64,000 nt of DNA from Takakia lepidozioides. Taxonomy: Eukaryota > Plantae > Bryophyta. The notes beneath the pieces were generated by a model. It worked only from the letters and a program-made list of their open reading frames with translations. It did not search any database and was not told the origin of the DNA. The stretch is taken from assembly GCA_030704615.1 (NCBI GenBank), contig CM060732.1:74586001-74650000 (forward strand), written 5' to 3'. The translations under genes were made by a program, and so were the position numbers. This document shows, piece after piece, positions 49,401-60,800 of this stretch. Every line of letters starts with the position of its first letter. The stretch's first letter is position 1.

Positions 49401-50447
49401 CTTGCCTACAGAACACATTAACAGTGAATAGCACCTTCAAGAGCAGACATATTGTTTGCCTAAACAAGACATTTGTTTTGTTCTTTCCAGATAGCTATAC
49501 ATCAAAACCATAGCTGGGGCAGAACACTAAGAGTTTAAAAACAGATACAAGAAGTTCACCTGCATCCAAGCCTTCCTCCTCTTCTGCCACCAGTGCCGAA
49601 CCTCCTGCCCACAGTAACATGCTTTATAATCACATCTTCTGCAGGAAAGGTTGGCTGAATACAAACAGATGACAAATCTCCGAGGAAAGGCTCTCTGAGG
49701 CGCATCTGTAACAATCTTCGTAACCCCAAACACCAAAGAGCACATAAAGGTTGATGTCTCCAAAGTGTGCCTTTACTGTGGTTCAGGGTTCAGGGTTTAA
49801 GGGGTGGACTTCGAGGCTTTGCGTTTAAGCATTGCACTGTGAGAGCTGAATGTAAGAAGTTTCATGGAAATTAAATAACTTCAAACATCTTCCTATGAGA
49901 CTCAGTCCAAAGAATGAAGGGTTGGTTGTTGAGAGTGAACTAATATACAAAAATTCGTGGAGACGAAGGAAAAAGATACAGGATGCAGGGGTCTTTCTAC
50001 ATTCTCCGGCCAACCCCTTTTTCAGAAAGCAGATCAATGCAGAATATTGCAGAGATGACCGAACAGAATGAGAAACGCTTAAAACCCAATGCATCAAAAT
50101 CCAGCCATGGACACAGCTGTCAGGATGAGGCAGCGAGAACAGGCAAGAAGAGAATTACCAGAAGACGACCGACAGGTGGTAGGGGCTAACCCTCTCCTTT
50201 CAGACCCCCCATGGAAGCCCTCTGTCCGGAAAAGTAGCATGCTGTTTTTTTGCTTGTGCGTGCATGTCTCGAGCGACCGACTGCATCTCAATTCCTTCTG
50301 GGGATTCTTTCTCAAAAGAAAGGATAGGTCCCTGTATACTAAGGAGCTTTCACCGACACAACTGCGAGAGCTCCGGATACAGGTGGACTGGGATGGGGAA
50401 AGAGAACACGAAGAGGTTGAACTGATAGAAAAAAACGAGGTCTGCAT
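42832..50447 (-). CDS. rimM: Plastid RimM (16S rRNA maturation) fused to a UDP-GlcNAc pyrophosphorylase-like domain, about 12 exons
   Basis: Ser-rich transit peptide from ATG 50447. RimM motifs HGVHGEVRV..TDFPEERF, EFYIPDLVG, GASDLL..IPFVKEIVP..PPEGLL. UAP exons about 46776-46579, 44972-44650, 44333-44216, 44067-43888, 43788-43233, 43074-42832. Boundaries of exons 1-2 are approximate. Confidence 0.9.
45231..46484 (+). mobile_element. LINE family C copy (antisense in a RimM intron) plus an older tandem 3' end
   Basis: (TC)n at 45209-45230 and 46375-46401 flank a 332-aa open C-terminal ORF; a second terminus at 46401-46469 carries an (AC)n tail. Confidence 0.92.
46855..47073 (+). pseudogene. 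Isolated annexin exon fragment
   Basis: 73 codons ASILWMMPPAECDA...GAGTRDHVLIGIMC...QAY...LE...DTSSDYRK followed by GTGGGT; colinear with the plant annexin repeat-2 exon. Confidence 0.8.
47300..47500 (-). mobile_element. Degenerate LINE family C fragment
   Basis: VPAPLFTNFQNLEAEPKALALL...HTQQVDA...[10 protein letters not shown]. Confidence 0.75.
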
Positions 50448-50578
50448 GGTGTGCAGCAATTGTAAAAATGTCTGTCTGTCTGTCTGTCTCTCTCCCTCTC
50501 TATCAATCTATCTAAGTGGTGTCTTCTCTTCCCCACAGCGCACTGGCTAACAGAGGCTAAGCTCTGTTCCTTCAAATC

Positions 50579-50789
50579 AAAAAGCTCCGTTTGTATTTGT
50601 ATTTGAATAATACTGTATGCCGTTAGATTTTTAAAACAGATTACTCCTTATTTGAGCGTTGGTTGAAAACAGATCCAACGGCCCACCTAGATCTCATTAG
50701 CTTATGGCTCAAATTCAATATCTCTTTTGAAATTTGAATTCTAACGGTATACTGTGTAATTCAAATACAAACACAACAAACGGTACTTT
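50579..50789. mobile_element. MITE-like inverted repeat upstream of rimM
   Basis: Long imperfect arms CCGTTTGTATTTGTATTTGAAT..GTATGCCGTTAGA and TCTAACGGTATAC..ATTCAAATACAAAC..CAAACGG. Confidence 0.7.
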
Positions 50790-51539
50790 CTTTTTCCCTC
50801 TCTTATTTTGCTCTTTTTAAAGTGAAACATTCTTCACAAATTAGGCCCCTGAATTACAGTGAGAGGACAAAAGAACATTTTTCAAAGTAGCCATGCGCCA
50901 CCACCCAAAGGAGACATTGCCACACACTATTAAATTTTTTATTTTTTTTATTTTTTAAAAGGTGGCAGCCAGAATCACCTGGTGGGCATTGCACTATCCA
51001 ACTCCGATATCGACTGTAGGTTTTATTTTGATTATATTATAAATTTGCTTATTATTCAAAGTCCTACTAGCTGGTATGTCTAAATATTTAAAAAAATGAA
51101 ATAATATTATTCACTCATAGATTTTTTAAGTCTTAATTTTATTAAAATAAATTTATTATAAATTGATGAATTTAAATAATTATTATGAATAAATGTTTCT
51201 TCTTGCTTTTAAATCTTCCAATGACAATCAAATTGAAGCTGGTTTCTGTGGAATTTGGTGGCAATAAGAGCCACAAGTAGACTTTTAAACATGTATAAGG
51301 TAATAATAATTGAAACACAACATATTTAAATGAAATGCATTAATTGATACAACTTTTTTTTTTAATAATGCGTTGATTAATACAATATATCTCAAGGAAA
51401 AAATGCATATCTTTGGTTTAAAGTCAAACTACACCTGGAGCATTTAGGTGTTAACCGAAACTTTAATCGCTGGTCTCAGCTAAGTAGCCACCCAAAAAAA
51501 TCAAGAAACAAGACAAATTTTCTCCTATAAAAGGAAAGA

Positions 51540-53899
51540 TAAACATGTCTATCGATTGAAGAAAAACCCTATATGGATTAAAGCAGACAGCCAGATCATA
51601 TCAAATTCCAGTCATTCCTCCAGCGATACGATTTGGTTGTGCGTGATGCTGATCCTTGCGTGTACCTTAGTAGTGACAAAGTGAAAACCTTTGCTGGTAT
51701 TTTTATGGATGATGGAATATCATGCTCCACAAACCTGCCCAAACTAGAAGACATGCTTCACCTTGATATTATCTTCAAGATTGTCAGAAGCGATATCGGC
51801 TATTTTGTTGGATTTGAGATGCTCAACAATCGTCTCAACCGTAGTACTTTTGTGTCTCAGAAGAGATATATCTCGGAAATCTTTCGCATGTTCGAGCTTC
51901 AAGATATCAATCTTGTTTGTATACCGGCAGACCCGAATGTTCAACTGAGTCGCACTCCTGATAACTCAGAGGATGCAGCATTCGTTGAAATGCCTTACCA
52001 GGAGGCAGTATGATGCTTAAAGTTTGTATCATTATTATCACGACCTGACATCACATATGCCGTGAATGTTGTCGCTAAATACAACGAAGTACGAAGGAAG
52101 ATACATTGGACTGTTGTAAAGAGGATATTGAAATACCTCAAACGAACCACTAGATATATTGGAATTCAGTATGGAGGTCTTCTTTCAAGTATCACTCTAC
52201 AAGGTTTTTGTGACGCTGATTATGCCGGGGATCTTGACACAACAGACGGTCTCGAACTGGTCATGTTTTTCTGCTAGCCAATGCTGCAATCACTACAGGC
52301 AAAGGGGGGGGGGGGGGTTTCCACGCCGGGCCACGCCGCACCCACGTTGTGGCGTCGTAAAACAGCCCTTTTCGGGGAGGGGGGGAGAACCAAATTTGCA
52401 ACGTCCGGGCGTCGCAAACCCGTCGCAAGGGCGTCGCCAAAAAAACGTCGCAAAATTACGACCAATGGGGGTCGCAAAAAGGCGAAACCACAATTTGCGA
52501 CGTCGACGCGATTTACGACGTCCAGGCGTAAAAATAAAAATAAAAATACAAAAAACCTACTCTGCATTGCAGAATTAGCACCGTCCGGGGGTCGCAAAGT
52601 GCGACGCCCGGACGTCACAATTCAAGGGGGTACATTTGAATTTAGGCGGGAAAATTTGAATTTCAAAAACGACTCCGGCGTTGACCATTGACTCCGGTTC
52701 TGTCTAATGGCGATATGTTCATTATTCTACATATATCATGCAATGCATACTTGAACCTAAGACCTCCACGTTATAACATTTCTAAGACACTATAGACTAA
52801 CCAACACACCTACGCTACATCTATGTATCGCAAAAGCAATCTAAATATATATATATATATACATATACATATGAAGATTTCCTTCAAGTTCCTTCTAAGG
52901 GGGTGTCCCTCTTGTGACGCCTGGGAGTTACAACCTCTACAATCTTAGTGCCCAACCCCAACGTCGTCGCCCCACCGCCAGGCGCCCCAAGTGACGTCCT
53001 TGTGATGACCTAAGTTGACTACAACACCATTGCGACCCCCTGGCGTCGCAGCGTTGGTCGTCCCAGCACGGGGCACCCCCAGCGACGCTTTTGTGAAGTT
53101 GAGGGCCGCAAAGCCAAAAAAAAACAAAAAACAAACTCTCATTGTGGTGATGCTGTTGCGATGCCCTGGCGTCGCAAAGACGCTGGGGCGCCCTCAGTGA
53201 CGCTTTTGTGACGCCGGGGCGTCGCAAGAAAAAAATCTGTCGCAGCAAGGGCCATATTTCCCCCTTCATGCCACCTTGCGACGGTTGGGCGTTGCAATGG
53301 TGTCGCACCGGGGGATTGCGACGCTGGGGCGTCACAAAAAATTGTCGCGGGCTCGGTGTCGCAGGCTCAGCGCCGCGCGGGGCGTGGGGGCGCGGTTGGC
53401 GTCACAAACAACCCCCCCCCCCCCCCCCCCCCCCATTTGTTGTAGTTAATAGCTTGGAACGACATAGGACAAAAATGTAAATCAATTTCTACCCCAGAAG
53501 CCGAATACATTGCAGCTTATGGTGCAACAAATGAAACCATCTAGCTAAGGATCAGGCTTGCAAGCATAGGTTACTCACAGGAGCATGCAACTGAGCTCAC
53601 GTGTGATAACCAAAATGCTATCAAATTGGTGAAGAACCCAGAATCTCATCATAGAACCAAGCATGTCGATACCCAATACCATTATGTACGCGACAAATAT
53701 CTAGAGAATCAAATTCAATACTTTCAAAATGTTCATATTGGTGAACAGATTGCATAATATATCTTCACTAAGGCTCTGCCCAAGGATCGTTCCACCAAGC
53801 TTGCGGTCATAACTTCTAAGAGTCATCAACACTCTAGAATAACTTGCAAATCATGCATCATGTGGCGTAATCAGTATAGTAATAGATTAAGTGAACGAG
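51540..53899 (+). mobile_element. Ty1/copia RT-RNase H remnant split by a CACTA insertion
   Basis: YRLKK..YGLK, DPCVY, MDDG, PYQEAV, SRPDI, CDADYAGD, EAEYIA, CDNQNAI, HHRTKHVD; purine-rich PPT-like run near 53884-53899. Confidence 0.9.
52291..53447. mobile_element. Non-autonomous CACTA (EnSpm) element
   Basis: Starts CACTACA and ends TGTAGTT (one mismatch); 3-bp TSD AAT; G and C homopolymer tracts in the termini; many CGTCGC/GCGACG subterminal repeats. Removing it restores copia AAISW. Confidence 0.88.
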
Positions 53900-54199
53900 T
53901 AGTTACTATATACATTAGGCTATTGTTCACAAGAGGGTTTCTGCATAGACGTTGTAGAACATTCACCAGAGTTTGTTATTTTGAACAGGCAGCTAGCGTA
54001 TGGTTTGTATTCTGGACACTGTTACTCTACTTGGTTTATCACTTTTGCATCTTAGGATACAAAGACGTATGTATAATAAGTACTCGTGTAATGGTTGTCT
54101 AGTGATCATTGATGATAGCAGTAAACAAATGATCGAACATTGAGGAACTGTGTACATGCATGAGTTATTCCTTGTTTCGTTCTAGAGCTTCAACAATTC

Positions 54200-55174
54200 T
54201 CAAATGAGGAGGAGATCTATTACTCGACCAAGTAAAATGTAGATCGTTCTCAGAAAGGGAAGAGATATCAATGAGCCCGATAGAAAAACATATAACATCC
54301 CATGATTCATGTTCCTGAACAGAGAAGCCATGCTCAGCAAGACAAGATCTATCATTGGGATTTTCAACCATGTTGAAATCGCCCCCAAGGATTCAGTGAT
54401 CCGCATCTTGAGCCAAGAGGAGTTTAGATTTGAGAAGGTCCCAAACTTCTATCCTTTCACTAGATAGATTAGGGGCATACATGTTGACAAGACCAATGGA
54501 TCCAAACTGGACACGACCTTGGCACCAGGTTTCGACCATAGAGATGGAATTAACAAGCGAGGGAAAACAAAGAATAGCGCCGATGTTGCCACGAGCCCCG
54601 AAAAGTATTGATCTGTTCCAGCAAGACTCATTTAATTTATGCTCTTGAAGTAAAAGGATGGAACGATGGTTTAAAGAATGAGAAGCCCATGCTCTGATTC
54701 TAGAACGCTTTAGAGTCGTGGCATATAATTAACCGATGCCACGAATATTCTAGCTATTGATGCTAAAAATCATGGATCAGGTGGAGGGAAAGGGCCAGGA
54801 GAAAACCCATATAAGAATGCCCAAAGAGATAGAATTTGAACTTTGGCTCTATCAGGAGGCAACAATGAAGATATCCAATAGTATCATGGAGGGGGTGAGA
54901 TAGGGCGAGGGAGCCTTATGGACACGATTGTTAACAACCCACAAAGGCGCCTAATATGATCTCGACTTGACAAATGAATTGGGAGTACTTCACAACAAGA
55001 GAGATATTGTGACTAGTAATCTTCATGCCAATGAAGTTGGACAGAATGGAAACGAAAGGAGGAGAGCTCAAAGCATGTACAGAAACAAAGATAGAATGAA
55101 GACATTTTTGAGGCATTTCAGTTCCGAGTCCATAACTAAAACTTTGCAACGCTTGAGATGGCTGATAATTATAT
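54200..55174 (-). mobile_element. L1-type LINE remnant (APE endonuclease start)
   Basis: S*NIRG, ILLLQEHKL, LVNMYAPN, GGDFNMV, HFTWS motifs across about 54775-54200. Confidence 0.78.
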
Positions 55175-56580
55175 CACTACAAGAGAAACTGGCTTTTTTT
55201 ACACCCTTTCTTACACCTGCAGGTGTAAGAAAAGCCAACCCCCCCCCCCCCCCCCGGGTGTGAGGTAAACCGTGTTGATTCCGCCACCCTGTCGAAAAAC
55301 CCAGTGGTGTCGAAAAAGCCATCTTACTAACACCCAACTACACCTTGACGTGGCGCTCGGCCTGTCTGGCTCTTTTGACATGGTTTTTTTAACACCCGTT
55401 TTGACTGACTTTTCTTACAACCATTTCGACTGGATTTTTTGACGGCTAATCTTACACCCTGCTTAACAATGTGGTGAAATTCAAAATTCAAAATTCAAAT
55501 TCAAATTTTAAAATTTAAATTTTGGCGGTTCAAAAATTCAAAATTTGAAATATGCGTTGACCCCGCCCCATCCCATGTCAACGGTTGAACGTGCTCCATC
55601 CCACACATTACTAGACGATACACACTTGAACCTAAGACCTCATCATTATAACATCACTAAGTCACTATATACTAACCAACATACCTATTACACATACATG
55701 CACAACATAAGTGGTTTGATTGTATATAACCTTAACAAACTAGGACTTTGTGTTGCTCCGCACTACTAGCGACGAATTCTGAGAACTATGTTCAATTTGC
55801 ACAAAAAAGGCGAGGTCATCCCCACGGTGTTACATACAGACATGCCCTATTTCATTGTTCATCGGAAGATGAAGTGCCTGATGAAAATATCTTTCACAGA
55901 ACAGCTGGATCAGTCTTCCTGACTGTTAAGATGTTTGGGATGACTTAATGAAGACTGTAGCATCTCACTTTCTATCGGAAGATGTCTAATACCTCAAAAG
56001 AAAATAACAGTCATCCAAATGTGCATAATCAAATGAGTATACTACAATGTGACATCTACATCCCCAACAAATATGCTAAACAGAGAAACGGTCCGGCTGC
56101 TTGTGGAGTTGTTTTTTGACTGTAATGTGCAGTTGAACACATACAAAGAACTTGCTGAAACGGTGTCTGGAAGTATACTAACTCCTGGACCCTCCCCAAG
56201 AGAAGTTGCATATCTACGGAGGTTAAGCCTCTACTAGATTTCAAGTTCACCAAGCTCACACCTTCTGTGGTCAGACCAAGAAGGTGTCGAATAGTATACT
56301 TGAGGCTTATCTCACACAAGTTTGAGAATAAGCTATATAGTGTAAGTTAATCCACACAATAGGGATCAACTATATGATGTGGCATGCTGACTAGACCTGG
56401 TGTGAGAAAGGTTACTGTGTTTATCTTACACTAGTGTGGATTATGCCACATTGGTTGGACACGTCGATTAAGGGACTCAAAGGTGGCATGTTGATCACTA
56501 GACATGGTGTGAGAAAAGTTACTGGGCTTATTTTACATTTATGTGGATTATGCCACATTGGTAAGACACGTGGATAAAGC
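55175..56580. mobile_element. CACTA element left end (right boundary uncertain)
   Basis: CACTACAAGAGAA start; TCTTACACC / GGTGTGAG subterminal repeats recur in a tandem duplication of about 100 bp at 56380-56580. Confidence 0.6.
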
Positions 56581-56739
56581 GAATCAGGTCAATAAACCTG
56601 CAATATGGGTAGATGATCAACTAAAGACAGCAGCTGCAGCGGCACAATTGATAGAATCAGACACCTCAACCATGACCACAGCTTCTGAGAGAGGATCAAG
56701 AGAAGGAGTCCACAATGCCTCTTCTGGCACTTCTAAGCA

Positions 56740-57839
56740 TGTGAAGATACTTCGTGCGGCAAGCAGACTAACAGAGGCTCTACAAACTCTAAACCAATGA
56801 GGCATTTCAGTAGATTCAGATACGTATGTCTGTCTCTTGCTTAAGTGCATGAAGATGGAAGGTCTGGAAGCTAGAAAGCAGGTGCACACCCCCATTACCC
56901 AAAGTGGATTCACGCCAAATGTTTTTCTACTCAACACCCTTGTCAACATGTATGTTAAGTGCGGGAGCATCATGGATGCCCACCAAGTGTTCAACAGAAT
57001 GCCTCAACGATCTTTGATCACGTAGAATATAATGTTGGCAGGATTTACCCTAGTAATGCATGTGCCAGCCTGGGAACCGTGGAAAAGGGCAAAAAAGTAC
57101 ATGCATACATCATCAAAGCTGGGATTATACCAGATTTTATTCTCGAGACTGCCTTTGTGGACATGTATGCAAAGTGTGGCAGCCTAAAGGATGTGCGTCA
57201 AGTGTTTGACAATATGGCTCAACAAGATGTTGGCTCTTGGAGTGCAATGTCAACAGGATATGCTCAGCATGGGTATAATAAGCTATAGACATATATAGGC
57301 TATATCATGGATGCTCACCAAGTGTTCAACATAATGCCTCAACCATCTTTGTTCACATGGAACATAATGGCTATGAGCAAATGATAAGGGAAGGTGTCAA
57401 GCCCAACAGTTGTGTTCATTTGCATTCTCAATATGTGTTCCAGTCTTGTCGCCCTATTTTCACGGTGTTTACAGGCAGTCAAGGCAAAAAGTATAGAACA
57501 GCTTTGGCAAGAATTCATGTCAGATACTTCACAGTGGTGGGACAACTGGGCTGATAAGGTGAGGCTCTACTTGCCAGCCAATAACGTACAGTTCCTATGA
57601 TAAAATGACAGTGGTTGTTTTCTGATTGAAGCTGGTATGATGCACCATGACTTTAGTGCTTGTGGTTCTTTGAAAATGACCCAAGCATTCAAGTTAGTTC
57701 TGTGGCCTCTTTATTGGCATTATTCTTGTGGAGTGGAGCTTTAGTGGTCGAAGCCCGGTATGTGTGCTTGTTGTCCGATCTTGTCAAAATGAAAAGCCTA
57801 GCAGAGGGAAAGCAAGTGCATACCCACATTATCCAAAGC
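56740..57839 (+). pseudogene. PLS-class PPR pseudogene fragments with an embedded PDF-motif exon
   Basis: NTLVNMYVKCGSIMDAHQVFNRM, ACASLGTVEKGKKVH, VDMYAKCGSL with stops; cut by the gypsy LTR at 57840. Confidence 0.88.
57475..57558 (+). other. N-terminal half of an OSB-type PDF motif as an AG/GT-bounded exon
   Basis: TTACAG|AVKAKSIEQLWQEFMSDTSQWWDNWADK|GTGAG matches LW..F..P..WWDNR..K. Confidence 0.7.
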
Positions 57840-60800
57840 TGTCGTGGCCCTTTGCCTTGAGGGTAGGGGGTCGGGACACAAAAGGGGCTTCCCCTGTGGT
57901 GGGGGCAATGGCAACAATAGATACGGGGGCTCGAGCACCCTTGAGTGCCCAAGGCACTCAAGGAGGCAGAGGCGCTCACTAGGTGGAGCCCCGCACACCG
58001 GGTTGCGGTGGGGGTGGTTCCACAAGGGGTGGTGGTAGCTTAGTGGGTCTTAGTGGGGGTGATATAGGACTCACCATGGGGCGGAAACCTTGTGGTGGGA
58101 GTCGTGAGGAGTCTTGGGACTCATCACGGCCCAATGGGGCCGTGGTGGGTGGGCCAACACTCACCGCGACTCATCACCGGGAATCGAGGGTTTTCATGGT
58201 GGTTCGCCATAAAATGAGTGGGTTGTTTGTAAAACCCCCGCGGACAGTCGTAGAAGTATATATAGGGAGTAGTAACCCCGAGAACGGTGCAAGCCTGTTG
58301 GTGACCAAAAACTAGTGAGTAAGCGTGCAAGCCGGAAAGCGACCAAGGCGTGGGGAGTTGTTCCGGACTGCCATCGACCAAAGGGAATTTCCACTTGGCC
58401 CAAATTGAGAGAGGGTCTCGTGGAGGAGTAAAGAGGGACTGTTATGCCCTGGTGAGCAGCCGAAGCTCCGAGTTGGCCCGGGCGGCCAGTTTGGGAATTA
58501 TGCACGCGCATCAAAGCGAGTAACTATGACTTGAAGGGGAGCTTACCGAAGTGAGGTGCGCGACACTTGGTATCAGAGCTTAGAGTTTAGTACGTGATCG
58601 TCCTTGAGATCGCCTCATCATGGGGTCGAGCAAGCCAAAGTGGAACGGCCTGAAAGATGATGATCCTGGTGAGCCCGATGGGGGCAACGTGTCACCGAAG
58701 TGGCAATTTGAGGAGGCGATTCATGCTTTTGAAAGCGAGGTCGCTCAAGAACGGGAGGAATCTGGGGAGTCGGAGCCCGAAGACTTCCCGGAGGCTCCGC
58801 CAGACCAACAGATGTCTCCCATGCCAGCAGCCTGTTGGGAAGGGTTGTTGGCGCAGTTTGGCGGGACGTTGAAAGACGTGTTGAAGGCAGCTAATGTCAC
58901 TTCCACTAAGACAAAGTTTAAGGTGAAGCCTAAGGATCGGGTGGAAGTGGCTCCCACCTATTTGAGGGGCTATGCTCGACAATGGTGGCAGAAACGCCTT
59001 CACGACCAAGGTCCAAACCCAAAAACCTTGAGCTGGAGTAGGTTCAGGAACTTATGAAGAGATAGTTTGTGCCCCTCAACGCGTCCTGGCTCGCCCGAGA
59101 CAAGATGAGGAATTTGAAGCAAACGGATGACATTCGGGGATATGTTCAGGTTTTCAATGTGCTGTTGCTCGAAGTCGCGGACATGGCAGAACCAGAAATG
59201 GTCTTCAACTTTCTGGCGTGACAAGCCCCATGGCGGAAGTTGGAGGAGAAGCCACCTAAGACTTTGAACGAGGCAATTGAGAGGGCTGAATATTTCTCGA
59301 ATGTCCCTAGGGGTGTAGGTCAAATGCAACTGTCGAGGGAAACACGGAAGACATGCAAAACAAGACAAATGATGTTAGGGTTATGGGATGTTGGGAGATG
59401 AAATTGCAATTTTTCATTCAGGCAGGATGAAATTACTTTTTTGTCAGGAAACACTCTGTCAAGTTATTTTACCACTAGTGTGAAACTAGCTAAGAAATAG
59501 CTAGCTTTTACATATTGACATTTGGGACAGGTGGATGACGGCTAAAGTGATGTTGGGGAATGAAAAATGGGAATGAAATAATGATTTTTTTTCATTGCAG
59601 GTGGATGACGAGATGGAATGGGGAGTGAACATGAGGATGAAATGACGATTTCTCATTACCAGGTGGAAGATCATCAAACAGTTGGCATGGATAAGAGGGA
59701 GTAGCAGTGAAGACAAAATACAGCAGGCTATTTATTAAAGTGATAAATTACCAGTCAGTAATGTAGTAATGGGGCTGGGTCCACGTAGCTTAGTATATAT
59801 TTTTGCACTATGAGTCAAAGATGGTCACATGGTGCAGAGGGGGATAACACTCGGCGGCCATTAGAAATCTAGAAATCTTTGTCTATTATATTTCATGTCA
59901 TAGTTAGTCATGCAGCCAGGTTCACGTGAAAGTGACGGCGTGCATTAAATAACTTAGGAGCTTGCTTTACCTATATAAGCAAGGATGCAAGACATACGAG
60001 CTCCCTCTGTTTGTATGCACTGGATAGAAGAAGGAAGTGGGAGTTATGCAAGAAAGATGTCAAGCAAGCTATGCTTTTATCAAAGGTTGATCAAATGAAT
60101 GGTGTGATGTTTGAAGAGTGTAGTATTGGAGTTGAATGAGTTCTTTTCCTGCAGATGTAGTCATGACCACAAGCAATCAGTAGTATGATCCTAGAGTAAA
60201 CATAGGCTTGGACAAAATGATGGAGTTTAGCATCTATTTACTGCGTCACAAGATAGAAGATCGTGGACAAGCGACTTGATAGAAGAAGGATATAGCAAAC
60301 AATATCTGGAAAGTAGTTGGACCAAAAGTCTTTGGATTCCAAGGGGCACATATCTACATGCAATTCTGACTGAGGGAAGCTATGGTGGCCAGAACTGTGA
60401 ACAATGAAAGTGGACCATGGGGAAGTGGACTGGGAAAGTGTCAGTTGAAGGCCAATGAATCCAACCAATGATGATGTCTCTCTTGAACAACGACACAGTA
60501 GATGTCTTGCAAGTAGTTGTCTTGTATACCCCTATCTTTTGGCTTTCTCTTCCGCTACAGCTATAAAGGTAGGTGGTGATCTAACGGGTGAAGTGGCATG
60601 GGTGTTAGGCCCCTCTTTTTTTTACTTACAAGGGCGAAAGACAAGGCCGTACGGAGCTGAACCACAAGAAGACCCGGCGGGAGGGTGACTCCTTCTGACC
60701 GGAAAAGAAGTGGAATAGGCAACGCGGCGACAATGGCACGTGGAAATCGAAGGGAGGGCCTTCACACGTCAAGGCGGCACCCGATTCTCCAAAAAGAAAA

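Noticed and set aside
49781-49804. Interstitial telomeric repeat
   Set aside because: Only two to three degenerate units.
18131-50447. Bacterial operon or HGT island (ylmH, dnaX-like, rimM)
   Set aside because: All are intron-containing members of standard plant nuclear families.
52159-53480. Overlapping GC-rich ORFs
   Set aside because: Artefacts of CACTA subterminal repeats.
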